From assembly GCA_964016885.1 (NCBI GenBank), contig OZ024740.1, forward strand, positions 260,400,001 to 260,464,000: DNA of 64,000 nucleotides. The letters are read 5' to 3'. Shown piece by piece: positions 38,774 to 52,168 of this stretch. The notes under the pieces were generated by a model that saw nothing but the letters and a program-made list of their open reading frames with translations, was not told where the DNA came from and did not search any database. This DNA is from Eledone cirrhosa (Eukaryota). Position numbers and translations under genes: made by a program. Positions within the stretch are counted from its first letter, which is position 1. Every line of letters starts with the position of its first letter.

Positions 38774-39740
38774 TAAGAAACGGAGAATCAGTGTTGCGAC
38801 GAATAAAATTTATTAGACATTTTACAATCGTTTCTCTGGCGACCAGCTCGAGGCACGATTGTAATGATCGAATCTGACTCTGAAATCGCAAGGTCCTCAG
38901 ATATGTCTCGATTCTACGAAACAGAGTTTCCAAATTTTGGAATGCTTCTGGGTTCCCCCGCCCCGAATGTTGTATGCTTTCCTTGAGTGCATAGACCTTA
39001 GCTTGACCAAGGCGAATTACTAATCTCTGTAACCCGATATTCTCCCGCCCCCACCCATGGCCTGCTGTCCGAAGGCTGCTGGAGTTGTGGGGGTAGTATA
39101 CATTCCCCTACCCGCTAGCAAAACGAGCAGGAAAGATTTGTTAAAAGTAATCTTACTCAGAGGCGGGCGAGCAATATGGCAGCACGCTACTACGTCAGTG
39201 TCTGGGTCAAAAACATAGCACACACTTTTTTTCCTCTCTGTTTTTTCTTTGTTTGTTTCCTTAAAGTTTAGCATTATACCGTTGGTATACATCCATTCCG
39301 TAATTTACACCTGATGAGGTCACTGGCCACTGAACTGTGCATAGTTTCTGTAGAAATAAAAATAATTAAGGAAATTCAACATATTTGGCCTCCTGTCATT
39401 TCACTTTATAATATATTTACTCAGTTCCCGCACCACCAACATGATTCAATATTGAAGATGGATGAGTTGCATAACGTCGAGCGCTTTTCTCATATTACGT
39501 CATGTTTAACATTGCAGAATGAACAATTCTGTGCAGTGATAAACCACCAAATTTTAACGTGAATATATATATATATATATATATATATTGTTATACTTGG
39601 GGAGGGTCATATTTGCGTAATATTGCCAGAATTAATAACAGAACACACTCACTGTTTGGTTGGTTTTCGCTTTTCGATATTACAAGCTATCAGAGGAAAT
39701 ATACATACCTTCACATATATATGCTGTCTTCAGAAATGAT
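38437..39740. repeat. ~225-bp composite direct repeats (38437-38660 and 39516-39740)
   Basis: AGAATGAACAATTCTGTGCAGTG...(TA)n...TTGTTATACTTGGGGAGGG...TCAGAAATGAT present twice. Confidence 0.9.
38815..38908 (-). ncRNA. Type I hammerhead-like motif with long stem II
   Basis: Minus strand: agacatat-CTGAGGA-c...a-GAAAC gatt GTA-aaatgtct. Confidence 0.5.
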
Positions 39741-39869
39741 CATTTCTGAAGACGCATATATATGTGAAGGTATGTATATTCTCTCTGATAGTTTGTAATA
39801 TTTTTACCTAGATCTATATGATGTACATACCAACGCACATATATATACTAGAAACGATCGTAAAATGAT
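39739..39869 (+). ncRNA. Type I hammerhead motif with long stem II (same family as 11588)
   Basis: atcattt-CTGAAGA-c...a-GAAAC gatc GTA-aaatgat; downstream 39870-40047 mirrors 11340-11540. Confidence 0.62.
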
Positions 39870-40050
39870 GATTTTTTTAATATAAGGAACTTGTTCTTTG
39901 TTTTTATTCATGGTTTTTATTAATTTATCTTGACTCTCTTTCCCTATGATTTTCATCGAAAATCTTTGAATGCACCTTCTCTTTTCGTGATATTTGGATT
40001 ACAATGAGTTCTTCATACGGATTGGACACTACCGTATATTTTGGTAGATT

Positions 40051-40119
<69 letters not shown>

Positions 40120-40179
40120 GTGGAACACTGGAAGGTAATATCCGTAGTGGTAGAGCACTCAGTCCAAGGGACGAGTTAG

Positions 40180-40386
40180 GTAGAAGTGGTTACACAATAG
40201 TTAGTTCACCATACCGAGAACAATTGTTTCACCTTCGCGGATCTTCAGCTCGGGATGTGTATGTTTATAGGAATAGGAAGGTACGGTTGCCCTTCCTGTT
40301 CCTATAAACATACACATCCCGAGCTGAAGATCCGCGAAGGTGAAACAATTGTTCTCGGTATGGTGAACTAACTGTTGTGTAACCAC

Positions 40387-40392
<6 letters not shown>
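40180..40392. ncRNA. Near-perfect palindrome carrying a minimal hammerhead on each strand (40214-40253 on -, 40319-40358 on +)
   Basis: ccgag-CTGAAGA-tcc gcgaa ggt-GAAAC aatt GTT-ctcgg and its exact reverse complement. Confidence 0.72.
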
Positions 40393-40420
<28 letters not shown>

Positions 40421-40426
<6 letters not shown>

Positions 40427-40734
40427 GAAAATGAAAAATCAGTGATGCATCTGAACTCAAATTATTGTGTGTTACAATTGTTTCGCCGGCGTACAGCTCG
40501 AGACGTGATCATTGTGTGGATCTGTCTGATTTTGGACCCGCAGGTTCGACGGACACGTCAAATGATTTCGTGTGAGAGAATATGCTCCGAAATCATTAGA
40601 CGTGTCCGTCGAACCTCCGAGTCCAGAATCAGACAGATCCACACAATGATCACATCTCGAGCTGTCCGCCGGCGAAACAATTGTAACACAATAAATTGAG
40701 TTCAGATGCATCACTGATTTTTCGTTTTCTATTA
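40421..40734. repeat. Fold-back inverted repeat (~140-bp arms), PLE-like
   Basis: ATAATAGAAAA..AAAAATCAGTGATGCATCTGAACTC mirrored at 40697-40734; contains GAAACAATTGTA followed by AATAAA. Confidence 0.85.
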
Positions 40735-40806
40735 TATCATACTCTGCTCTGTAAGATCATAGAGTGCTCAACCGGCATACCGCCTATGAAAGCATCTTAG
40801 CTACCA

Positions 40807-40915
<109 letters not shown>

Positions 40916-41030
40916 ATCCATCTGCTCGTTTTCGACCCATCTGCTCGTTTTCGACCTGGTCTTACACACGTCGTGGGCCCCTTTTGGATTATCTCCCTTT
41001 CGATTCTCCCTCTCACTTCCGGTTTCTCCG

Positions 41031-41064
<34 letters not shown>

Positions 41065-42895
41065 TCTATCTATCTATCTATCTACACTCACTTTGCTGAG
41101 ATTGCACGGAAAAACCTTGCTTCGCAGTTATATTGACCACAGGACCTAAGTCCATCGATTCGTTATAACTTTTTCTATTTTCTCCTCGGTTACTCATTTG
41201 CATGTGTCATTGTCCTGCCCCCCCCCTCTTCCATTCGGTTAGTTTACTTAGACTTTTCCTCTTTCCTTTTTTCTCTTTCTTCCTCTCTCTCTTCGCTATC
41301 TTATCTTTTCTTCCACCAGAGCCTTTTGATTGATAAAAGGCCTTGGGCGCGCTGCTAATCGATTTCAATGTCCTGTTTTAAGCTCCGAAACATCTATGAT
41401 CTGCAGTTAACAGCTGATGAAGGATTTCTTCTCTTGTTTCGTCCTTATTACCATCTTAAACTTTATTTACAGTAACCACACAGCTTGCTTCGTTTCTTGT
41501 AATTATATATATATATTATATATCTAGACTTAATAATTAATTAATTAATTTAATTAGACAATTCTATTGATTGGTTAATTATTTATGTTTGTTTAATAAC
41601 GTAGTCGAGAGCTTTATTCGGTTTATGGAATGGAATTTATTCCTTTGTTCACAATTTGAATTCACCTGCCAAAAGCCTCCCTTTGGGGTAAAAGCACGTC
41701 ATCGTCAGTAGTTTACTTCTACGATTCACACCGGCTCGCGGTACAAAACGGAAGCCTGTTGATGAAGTGAATCTACTGTTCGGTCATCTAAAACCAAAAA
41801 CTTGCATACTGCGCAAGTGGAATTGTTGATTTCGATTTCATAGAAACCTATCGGAGATATTGCTTAATATCGATCGAGATAGTCCAGGTTTGTCAATACC
41901 TGATTGGTTTTCTCGTTGCTTTGGTTCATGTGGCTGGGTCACCGGTCGCAGTTTTCAATTGTCAAGCTATCTAATGTATGTTATTACTCTAAGCTGACAC
42001 AACCTTATCGAGTACTTTGTTGCACATTCCTGATTGTATATCGTTAGCTTGGCTACAGCCAAAACTTCGATTTTACTAAACTTCCATTTGTATATATATA
42101 TATACTGTATACATATATATTAGTGCACACTTATCTGTGTATGAATATATTTCAATCACTACTTTCTTATAATGATTAAGGCTCGATTTTATTCTCTGAA
42201 TTCTATCTTGAGCTGTTTTTAGAGACAAGACATATGCTTGATTTTGTATCATTCATGACACTCTTTACTTTGAAAGTAATAATAATATATATATATATTT
42301 ATATATATTTATATATATTTATGTGTATATATATATATATATATACTTATGAAATAAGAATGAGATTGACATTTGTTTACACCCTAATCTCCTACTACAA
42401 AAGCATGTCATAAATGGAACATATGTAGATGTGTGTGTGCGTGTGCGTGTCTTTCCATGTGTATGAAAGTCATGTGTGTTGCGTGATGATTTAATTGCCA
42501 TTCATATAATATATTACAATAGTATATTGACTGAGCTCAGTTAGTTAAACAGCTGTGTGTGTGAAAGTGTATGTGTGTCTGATTCTGTGTGTTATTCTGC
42601 GTGTGAGTGTATATGCGTGCGTTTGTGTGTGTGTGTGTGTTTATAAAGCATGATAGGCCATCTATTGTCTATTGTCTGTTGTTTCTTGAAGGACTTATTT
42701 CCGTTAGAAGTGTCGGGGGGGGGGGCACACAGAAAAACAGTGAATAGATAGAGGGAGGGTGGCAGACAAGGAACCCCTCCCCACCCTTGAGTAGAGAGGG
42801 GGAATAGTGTGTGTATGTTGGGGGGGCGGGGGTATAAGTCAATGAAAGATCAACTCTTATCAAGGAGTAATTACACCGAAGACAAAGGGAAAGTG

Positions 42896-43260
42896 TGATG
42901 ACTTCAATTGGGTCCTTTAATTACATGATCACCATGACGACGATGATGATGATGATGACCACCATCATAATCATCACCACCGACACCACCGACACCATCA
43001 CCGTCGACACCACTGCTGCCACTAACGCCACCAGCATCTTCATTACCATGAACATCAACGCCACAACCACTAAAACCATCACCAATACCATCACCAACAC
43101 CATCATCAACATTACTACGAACATCAACACCACCAACACCACTAACACCACCATCACTACCACCCACACCACCAACAGCAGCGCTACCACAGACATCAAT
43201 ACAATCATCATCCCACCACCAACAATATCAACATTACCATCAACACCACCAGCACCACTT
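42896..43260. repeat. Low-complexity (ACC/ATC/AAC)n-like tract
   Basis: Degenerate trinucleotide repeats. Confidence 0.8.
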
Positions 43261-43708
43261 GTATGGTATGGTCTACTGGTAATTGGTATTTGTCTGCCAT
43301 AATAGGCGTCGGGGAATTCACCCCACCCACAACCATCATAATGACCAAAATTAGTATCTAAGAGAACAAAAACAACAACATATGAAATGTAAAAAGTGCT
43401 AATTAAATGTTAATTAAATGTAGTTAAATGTTTGCCATACATTAGAATGACCTGTCTTGTGTTATAAAGCTCACACTAATAAATATATTAAATATATCTC
43501 AATGAGGTGTCACAACTACCACACATTTCCTTATATGTCTCTCATACTAGGAGAATTAAACTATAGTTGAAGAAATAACACAAACACAGGGATACAATAA
43601 CAACATTTCTTATGAGCACCACCGTTTGCAGGAAGTAAAAGAGGGTTCGGCACCTAGGACGGAAGTCTCTCGTCAAGAAATGGAGAGCGAGAGAGAGCGA
43701 GAGAGAGA

Positions 43709-43897
<189 letters not shown>

Positions 43898-44224
43898 GGA
43901 GAGAGCGAGAGCGAGAAAGAGAGAACAAGTTGCCAAATGAAAGTTTGGAAAAGGTTGAGGAAGTTGGGGTGGTAGTCGGGTGGTGCGGCATTTGGGAGTG
44001 GGACCCGACGTGGAGGGTGCAGGTGTGCCATGGGTATGGTTGTATGTATGTATATATATATATAGCAGTAGAACACTGGAAGGTAATATCTGTAGTGGTA
44101 GAGCACTCAGTCTATGGGACGAGTTAGGTAGAAGTGGTTACACAACAGATAGTTCACCATACCGAGAACAATTGTTTCACCCTACCGGATCCTCAGCGCG
44201 TAATGGACATGGTTATACGGAACA

Positions 44225-44285
<61 letters not shown>

Positions 44286-44320
44286 GCTTGTATCTGCCGA
44301 TATTACTTCTTGTTGTTTTG

Positions 44321-44365
44321 ATTGCCCTGATGAGTCCTTAATAGGACGAAACATTGTCGGCTAAT
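44321..44365 (+). ncRNA. Canonical minimal type I hammerhead ribozyme
   Basis: attgcc-CTGATGA-GTCC ttaata GGAC-GAAAC att GTC-ggctaat; followed by AATAAA; isolated between two (TA)n tracts. Confidence 0.85.
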
Positions 44366-44406
44366 AAAAACTTTTGATGTATTAAAGGATTCTTTGTTTT
44401 ACTCTC

Positions 44407-44439
<33 letters not shown>

Positions 44440-44443
<4 letters not shown>

Positions 44444-45660
44444 ATATTTGGGGAGGGTCATATTGTTGTAATAATATTGCCAGAAATAATAACAGAACAC
44501 ACTCACTGTTTAGTTGGTTTTCGCTTCTGTATATTTTATATCTCCATAGTTAATTCATTCGGCAATCAATGTTTATCATTGATTGACCAACGGTTTAAAA
44601 TACAGATATAAACATATATGTATAGTCTATCAAAGTTCTTTCGTCACACATCTGTGACATCATCAGTGGTACTATCATGTTTCCTCCCGTTGTATTGTAA
44701 TGCCTACGCCATTTTAATTTTATTTATTTATTTATTTAGTTATTTATTCTTGTCTCTGTTTGCGCATCCGCTTGCGTGTGTGTTTCCTGTTTGGTGCGTG
44801 TGTTCGTGTTTGAGTGTATGTGTTTTTGTATTATATCTTGTTCACTAGTGTGTGTTTATATGCGTTTGTTGTTATTGTACTTGTGTGTGTATTTATTTAT
44901 TTATTTATTTATAGACAGCTCGAAGCATAGGAGAAAGAATAGACCAACACTGGGGGGAATTATAAAGGACAAAAAAAAAACGGTTCAGTACTATACGAAC
45001 ACGCCAGACAACAACATGACGGTAACATAGACAACATAGAAATTAAAATAAACATAGAAATGACCCAGCAGGTAGGCAAATCAAAGAAGCAAGCGAAATA
45101 GAGCTTAGAAAGCCAAAGGTAAACAGAAAAAATGAATGGAATAACATCAACACCCAAACAAACAATACTGACTTAAGAGAAATATAAATAAATAAATAAA
45201 TAAATATATACACAAGCACAATAACAACAAACACATTTGAAAACGCACTAATAAACTAAGATAGAATACAATGACCAAAACACAGTCACCCAAACGCGAA
45301 CACACACACCAAACACTATACACACAGGCAAACGCATGCACAGAGAAGAAGACAAAAATAAATAAATAAATAAACAGATAAAATAAAAATGGCGTAGACA
45401 TACAATACAACAGGAGGAAACATAATAGTACCACTGATGATGTTGCAGATGTGCAACGAAAGAAATTTGTTAGACTATATATATGTATTTATATCTGTAT
45501 TTTTGACCGTTGGTCAGTCAATGATAAACATTGATTGCCGAATGAATTAACTATGGAGATATAAAAGATTCAGAAGCGAAAACCAACCAAACAGTGATTG
45601 TGTTCTGTTTATTATTTCTGGCGATATTATTACAACAATATGACCTTCCCCAAGTATAAC
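44440..45660. repeat. Large diverged inverted repeat (~470-bp arms) of a dispersed repeat also at 11835-12050, 38509 and 39588
   Basis: GTTATATTTGGGGAGGGTCATATTG... mirrored by ...CAATATGACCTTCCCCAAGTATAAC; (TA)n both sides. Confidence 0.85.
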
Positions 45661-45816
45661 TATATATATATATATATATATTCTTCCTCTATAGAACAAT
45701 TGGCTGTGTTCAGAGCTGGAGAGGGTTGGGCTCCGGCAGGTTTAAAATTGCCCTAGACACGCAGTATGACGGTGCCTCTACGACTCCACAAGGCATTATG
45801 GGATCTTTTTTATATA

Positions 45817-46021
45817 TACGAGAGGCACTAAAAAGTCCTTGGCTTTAAAGGTATCGCTGAGGCCTGGCTGGAAGCCCAATATTCCGAGTTCTTTTTACAG
45901 GCTTAGAAAAACTGAAGGACCGCATCAATAAGTAAGTGAATCTGCAAGGGGAATATGTTGAATAAAATCCTAATTAACTGATCCTCCTGTATTTTCTTTT
46001 ACCTTTTCAGCCCCACCTCAT
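45817..46021 (+). mobile_element. Mariner-derived internally deleted element (MITE-like)
   Basis: TACGAGAGG...CCACCTCATA ends flanked by TA; internal remnant reads ..GLEKLKDRINK*VNLQGEYVE*, a mariner-type C-terminus. Confidence 0.6.
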
Positions 46022-46152
46022 ATATATACGTGTATAAACGCGGATAACAGGTCGATACACAATAAAAATCTTATACATGTAAACGAAAATTTCTCGTTTT
46101 TTTCTAATATATACACTCTGCCTGTACATAGCGTAATTCACTGAATGACCTA

Positions 46153-46281
<129 letters not shown>

Positions 46282-46824
46282 TGCGTGTGTGTGTGTGTGT
46301 CACTATATATATATAAATAGAGTAAGAAAATGCGAAGTAGTTTCAGACTCCTTGAAATATGTATCAGCATTATCAATAAAGGACTTTAACATCTGAAACT
46401 ACTTCGCATTTTCTTATTCTAAATTTACTCCGTCATTCCTATGTGGAAAAAGTGCGTTGAGTGCTTGAATTGAATTGCATCAATATTTACCGTAAGAATT
46501 TAGCTCCTAAAATGTTGAGCACTTTATGGTGTAACCGATATAGTGAAGAAGTGGAGGCACTAGCCATCAGCTACACCCGGAAATTCCCTCTACCATGGGA
46601 ACTGATTACACATACTGGATATCCTTACTACTGGACGGACTTAAGATTATAAATTAACTTTCGACCGGATAAATAAGCGGGTCTGAAAGCAACGTAAAAC
46701 CCCTTATTTGAAATGCAGGTGAGTGTTGTGACATGGTTTTACTTCACAGAAGTCAAATAAATTAATAAAAATAATTTTTACCACATGTTGATGGTCAGTT
46801 GGTCACAATTCCCAGACCGGAGAG

Positions 46825-47044
46825 TGTAGAGAGGAGCAGAAATCTTCTCTTGGTAAGGTTCAAGTGGTCGTTTCGGTTGCCGGCGCAGGAAGTGAGAGAG
46901 TTAATGCCTTGATGTTCTCAAATATATAGTCCCCAGGGGGACGCAACTGCATTTAGTACATGGATCTGCCACTGGGAGTCGCGACCGTCACAAAGGGACG
47001 CAACTCATATACGTGCTGAGTTACAGCCGTAAGGGGCCGCTACA
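46825..47044 (-). repeat. 3' LTR of the Gypsy element (220 bp)
   Basis: TGTAG...CTACA termini; preceded on the minus strand by polypurine tract GGAGGAGGG (~47048-47056); TATATA-like box inside. Confidence 0.7.
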
Positions 47045-47304
47045 GTACCCTCCTCCAGACGATAGGCGAAAAGCCCGAAGGTAACTGTAGCGAACCCACA
47101 AGCATGGGCTCCCAGCACAGGCATGAAATATTAACGCAAAGGTACATGTATAAATCAGGCATGAAATAGTAACGAAAAGGTACATGTATACATAGAAATA
47201 CAATAAAGAGAAAAACAAAAAAGGCTCCAGTGGCCAGTTCACATGAAAACAGTTTGGCAGAGTTTTTTGGGCCAGTGGACTCTTCGACCGGAACGGGTCG
47301 TGGT

Positions 47305-50235
47305 CTAGTATGTAGGTGAAGGTGGGGCAGAAGGAGCAGGTGTATGCACAAGAGAGAAAGATTGGGGTATTTGTGGCTCGCGTGTATGAGCGTCATTGTA
47401 TGACCTTTTTAGTCTATCCACAGAAATTGTCTCTCTGGACCCCTTAATGTCTACTGTGAAATGTTTGTCAGTACGTGATAACACACGGTAGGGTCCAGAG
47501 TACGGCTGTGTGAGGGGTGGAGCAACCGCGTCGTTTCTGACGAATTCATGTGTCCACGAGGCAATATCCCTCGGGACTGCAGCTTTAATAGTTTGTTTCC
47601 TAGTTTTCCTGGGAGGTAAGTCCTGAAAATAGGAGCGCAAACGAGATACGTAGGAAAGCAAGATCAACAGGGGCAAGCATTTGCCCAGGCAACGCTAGAG
47701 GAGCCCCATACAGTAATTCGGCCGGGGAGAACCCAAGGTCCTCCCTTATTGATGACCGAATTCCTAACAACACAATAGGAAGGTACTTGCTCCAACGTTG
47801 AGAGTCTGGATAGGCGCGAAGAGCGGCCTTTAATTGGCGGTGGAATCGTTCCACCATTCCGTTCGAAGCAGGATGATAAGCTGTGGTCCGAATCCGTTGA
47901 GCACCAATGATCTTTGTCAGCTCAGAGAAAAGATGAGACTCAAATTGTCTACCACGGTCTGTGGTGACTGTACTTGGTACCCCAAAGCGGGTAATCCACC
48001 CTGATACCAGGGCACGCGCTACAGTCTCAGCAGTAATATCTTTTCAGGAGATGGCTTCAGGCCATCGCGAAAAACGATCGATACAGGTCAAGAGGTACGA
48101 ATATCCACTACTGAATGGCCAAGGTCCAACGATATCAATGTCGGTGTGTTGAAACCGAGCATCTGGAGTACGGAAAGTACCAAGTGGAGTCCGGATGTGT
48201 CTGTGGACTTTAGATCTCTGACACTGTGTGCAGGAACGGCACCAGACAGTAATTTATCGCCTCATATTGGGCCAGAAAAATCTAGCCGTTATAAGCTTTA
48301 CTGTGGCAGAAATTCCTGGGTGAGAAATGCTGTGCAAAGAAAGGAACACAATTCGACGGTGAGTCTCAGTAACACATGGTCATGGTGAATCCGTAGATAC
48401 ATCACATAGAATCTGCCTGTCGGTGATCGACAGGGGCAGATATTTGAAGATGCAAGTCGCAAACTCGGCAGAAAGAGTATCCAACGATTAGAGTGCAGGT
48501 TGGTCTGCAGCTAAACGACTTAAGTCGATCTCCTGGGATGACGAGATGGAGCTGATTGGCAACCGTGACAATGCGTCTGCAGCTATGTTAAGCGAGCCAG
48601 CAATATGCTGGATATCATTTGTAAATTGCGAAACGTAATCTAGGTGCCTTGTCTCTCTGGACGAATGTCTGTCGGCTTTAGCCCTCAAAGCCAAGGTCAG
48701 AGGTTTGTGGTCAGTTAAAACAGTAAAATTTCTTCCCTCAAGAATATGAGAGAAATGTTTCACCGACAGATATATGGCTAATAATTCCCGCCCAAACGTG
48801 CTGTAACGCGTTTCTGCTGGTTTCAGCTTCCTTGAGAAAAATGCCAAAGGTTGTTGGTTTCCAGCGTTGTACTGCTGTAAAACTGCTTCCACAGCGGTAT
48901 CAGATGCATCAACACAAAGCGAAAGCTTGGCCTCTAGTACCGGGTGGGTTAGCAAAGATGAACTAGCAAGTGCTGTCTTGGCAGTTTGGAAGTCTTTAAG
49001 CTGTCCTTGTGTCAAGGAAATATCCTCATTCTGCTTACGACGATTTTTCAAAATGTCAGTAAGGGAAGATAGCAAATTAGCACAATGAGGAACGAAACGC
49101 CTATAGAAATTGATTAGGCCTAAGAAGTGACGCAACCGGTGAAGTGTAGTAGGCGGAGGTAAATCCTGTATGGCTTGAACTCGCTGGGGAAGCGGCCTAA
49201 TACCTTCGGCGTCGATGAGGTGGCCTAAAAAATTTAGCGAAGTGGAACCGAAAACACACTTTGCGGGATTCACACGAACGCGGTAATCCTGAAATCGCCG
49301 AAATAAAAGATGCATGTGGCGCATATGGTCTTCCGGAGAGGAACTAGCGACGAGAATATTGTCTATGTATGCATAAACGAAGTCCAGACTACGAGTGTCT
49401 TCGTCTATGAACTGCTGAAAAGTGCTAGCGGCGTTCCTGAGTCCGAAAGGCATGGTCAAAAATTCGAAGGATCCGAAAGGAGTTGTAATCGCCGTTTTTG
49501 GAATATCCTCCTTCCTGACGGGAATTTGGTGGTAGGCTCGCACTAAATCTAGTTTTGAAAAAATCTTACACCCCTGAAATGAAGATGCGAAATCCGGGAG
49601 ATGGGGGATGGGATACCTATCCGGGACGGTCATAGCATTTAACCTCCTACAATCCTCAGTGGGTCTCCAGTCTCCGGAAGTCTTGTGTAACGGTGAAGCC
49701 CAAGGACTCGTAGATGGGCGAATAATACCCAGCTGCAGCATATGGTCGAACTCGGACGGTGCTGCCTTTAATTTGTCCGCTGGTAAGCGGCGTGGACGCG
49801 AAAACACTGGAGCACCGGTGGTGGAAATGAAATGTTCAGTTGAGTGTGTTGGCTCAGTGACTTGAAAATTTCCATCGGTGAGATCAGGGAAAGAACCTAA
49901 CAACGAATGGTAGGCGTCTCCAGCGGCAGAGATGAAGAATATGGGGCTGACTGTTGGAGCATTGGCTTTCCGGCCACGAATTGAGAAACCGGTGATGTCA
50001 TCCACCAGGCGTTGGGGGGGGGGGGGGGGGTCTAAAAGATTGACATCTTCCGCGGCTGCGCGGGCGCGAACGGGCACCACACCAGACCATCTTCTGGAGC
50101 TCCAGGGTGAGTTCCTGAATGGCCTTCTGCATCGCCATAATAGCTGAGCTCTCTGTAGGAGCTGCCGCGCAGATGGCATGGCCAAGTGTGGCCTGAGCTG
50201 GTGTGGCAAACCTGTGATGGTGAATTGGGGCTCAC
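47305..50235 (-). pseudogene. Gypsy/Ty3 pol pseudogene (RT, RNase H, integrase)
   Basis: [37 protein letters not shown] (catalytic D mutated), VDASD, RELLAI, TDHKPL, ADALSR; integrase [23 protein letters not shown]. Protease, most of gag and the 5' LTR are not evident. Confidence 0.92.
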
Positions 50236-50329
50236 AAGGGAACTGACGAAGGATTCAAGAACACGCGCTCTGTCAGTCCCCTTGTTTCAATTTGGATTGC
50301 CTCGGGAACGTAACTTTATTATATAAGAA

Positions 50330-50404
50330 GCTGTCTGATGATGTCATGGCACTGGATACACGAATTCGTGTGGCCACTGTCGTCATTGAAATATGTATCA
50401 CATC
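50330..50404 (+). ncRNA. Decayed type I hammerhead-like motif with long stem II
   Basis: gctgt-CTGATGA-t...ACACGAATTCGTGT...t-GAAA tatgta TC-acatc; downstream 50386-50531 is also at 46351-46497. Confidence 0.5.
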
Positions 50405-50530
50405 ATTATCAATAAAGGACTTTAACATCTGAAACTACTTCGCATTTTCTTATTCTAAATATACTCCGTCATTCTTATGTGGAAAAAGTGCGTTGAGTGC
50501 TTGAAATGATTGCATCAACATTTACCGTAA

Positions 50531-50564
<34 letters not shown>

Positions 50565-50651
50565 GTAGGTCCCGGGTTGAGTCGGGGATAACCACAGTAA
50601 GTAAGGTACTCAATACATGGCAGAGTAACATTTTTTTATTTTATAGAAGGA

Positions 50652-50700
50652 GCTTCTACAGGACTAGTACTGTTTCATTCAGATGAAATCTTCAGGAAGC
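50652..50700 (-). ncRNA. Type I hammerhead motif (identical to 8722-8770)
   Basis: Reverse complement reads gcttc-CTGAAGA-tttcatctgaat-GAAACAGtactagtcCTGTA-gaagc. Confidence 0.75.
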
Positions 50701-51105
50701 TGGGTGTCAAATTAAGTTCTGGTATTTATACATTTAGGTAGTGGTAAGGGGGTGGGGGTGGGAGGGGGTGGGGTGGGGTGGGATGGTATTTAGATACACA
50801 GGACCACTTCATGGCACAGGCCGTTTTTTCTTTGGGGAGTGGTCAATTAGCCAGAGTGCTTTTTTGAAATAAATAAATAAGTAAATAAATAAATAAATGA
50901 ATAAATAGATAAAAGAATAAATAAATAAAATAAAAAATAAATAAATAAAAATAAATAAATAAAAACCCCAAGAATAGTAATTCAACAGATATATAGTAGG
51001 GAAATTTAGGTGGGTTGGTAATAGAAATTAAGCATTTAACAAGACCGAATCATGGCACAGACTGGGGTGAGTGGTCAACACTCTGGCCACCTGTTTTTGT
51101 AAAAA

Positions 51106-51148
<43 letters not shown>

Positions 51149-51151
<3 letters not shown>

Positions 51152-51309
51152 GTTTCTACTTTAGGCACAAGGCCAGCAACTACCCAGTGCCTCACTGGTA
51201 CTTTATTTTATCGACCCCGTAAGGATGAAAGGCAAAGTCAACCTCGGCGAGATTTGAACTCAGATCGTAAAGGGACGTAACTATGCTAGAAAGCATGGCG
51301 TCCGACCCT
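51149..51309 (-). mobile_element. SINE family 1 (5'-truncated)
   Basis: Matches family consensus. Confidence 0.88.
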
Positions 51310-51947
51310 ATATAGTGTAGGTGATTCAGTGAATTACTGGTGGTGGTACTACCAAAACAAGCACACTATGCACAGACAGAGTGTATATATTAGAAAAAAC
51401 GAGGAAGTTTCGTTTACATGTATACGATTGTTATTCAGTATCGACCTGTTGCGCGTGTTTAGCAGAGGATTGGCTAACGTTTATCCATAGTAGTTATGGA
51501 CCCAAATCCATTATCGATCTGCCCTTCAGACTGGCGATGTGACAAGACAATATAATATTTGTTCTGGTTTATGAGATGATGGGCGTATATGTAAGCATCG
51601 GCCTTATTTTTGTGTGTATGGGCGTATGTAGGTATTGTAATGTAAACGGAGTGGCAGCTTTGTGCGTGTATATCCACACGTATATTCATGTGTGTGTGTG
51701 CGTGCGAGCGTGTAAGGATTCGTGTGTGTCTGCTCGTGAGCGTGGGCCCGTATGGTATGTGAGTTTGACATTCAAAGACTGGCTTCAGTGTAACCAGGAA
51801 GTTGAATAGAAAGGTGACCATATAGGCGGGGTGTGTCGGGTATATTATGCTATTATGAGCCAGTATGAGGTCATCGTATCAGTAAAACCAGTTCAGATTT
51901 GCCGATGCCAGGCACCAAGTGAATGCAAAAATAAATAAACATATGAA

Positions 51948-51988
<41 letters not shown>

Positions 51989-52063
51989 ATGTGTTCATAC
52001 AGATAATAATAGAAAATAATGATTTCTTTCTTTATTTTTTCTTTTTATTTATTTATAGAAAAT

Positions 52064-52168
52064 AATTGTTTCTACTTTTAACCACAAGGCCAGCAATTAC
52101 TCAGTTCATTACTGGTACTTTATTTTATCGACCCCGTAAGGATGAAAGGCAAAGTTAACCCCGGCGGA
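52064..52168 (-). mobile_element. SINE family 1 (3' half)
   Basis: Matches family consensus. Confidence 0.85.

Noticed and set aside
42895-43302. Mucin-like Thr-rich ORF
   Set aside because: Low-complexity trinucleotide tract without splice or domain support.
46351-50531. 146-bp direct repeats as the Gypsy LTR pair
   Set aside because: No TG...CA ends, PBS or PPT; the true LTR is 46825-47044 next to the PPT.
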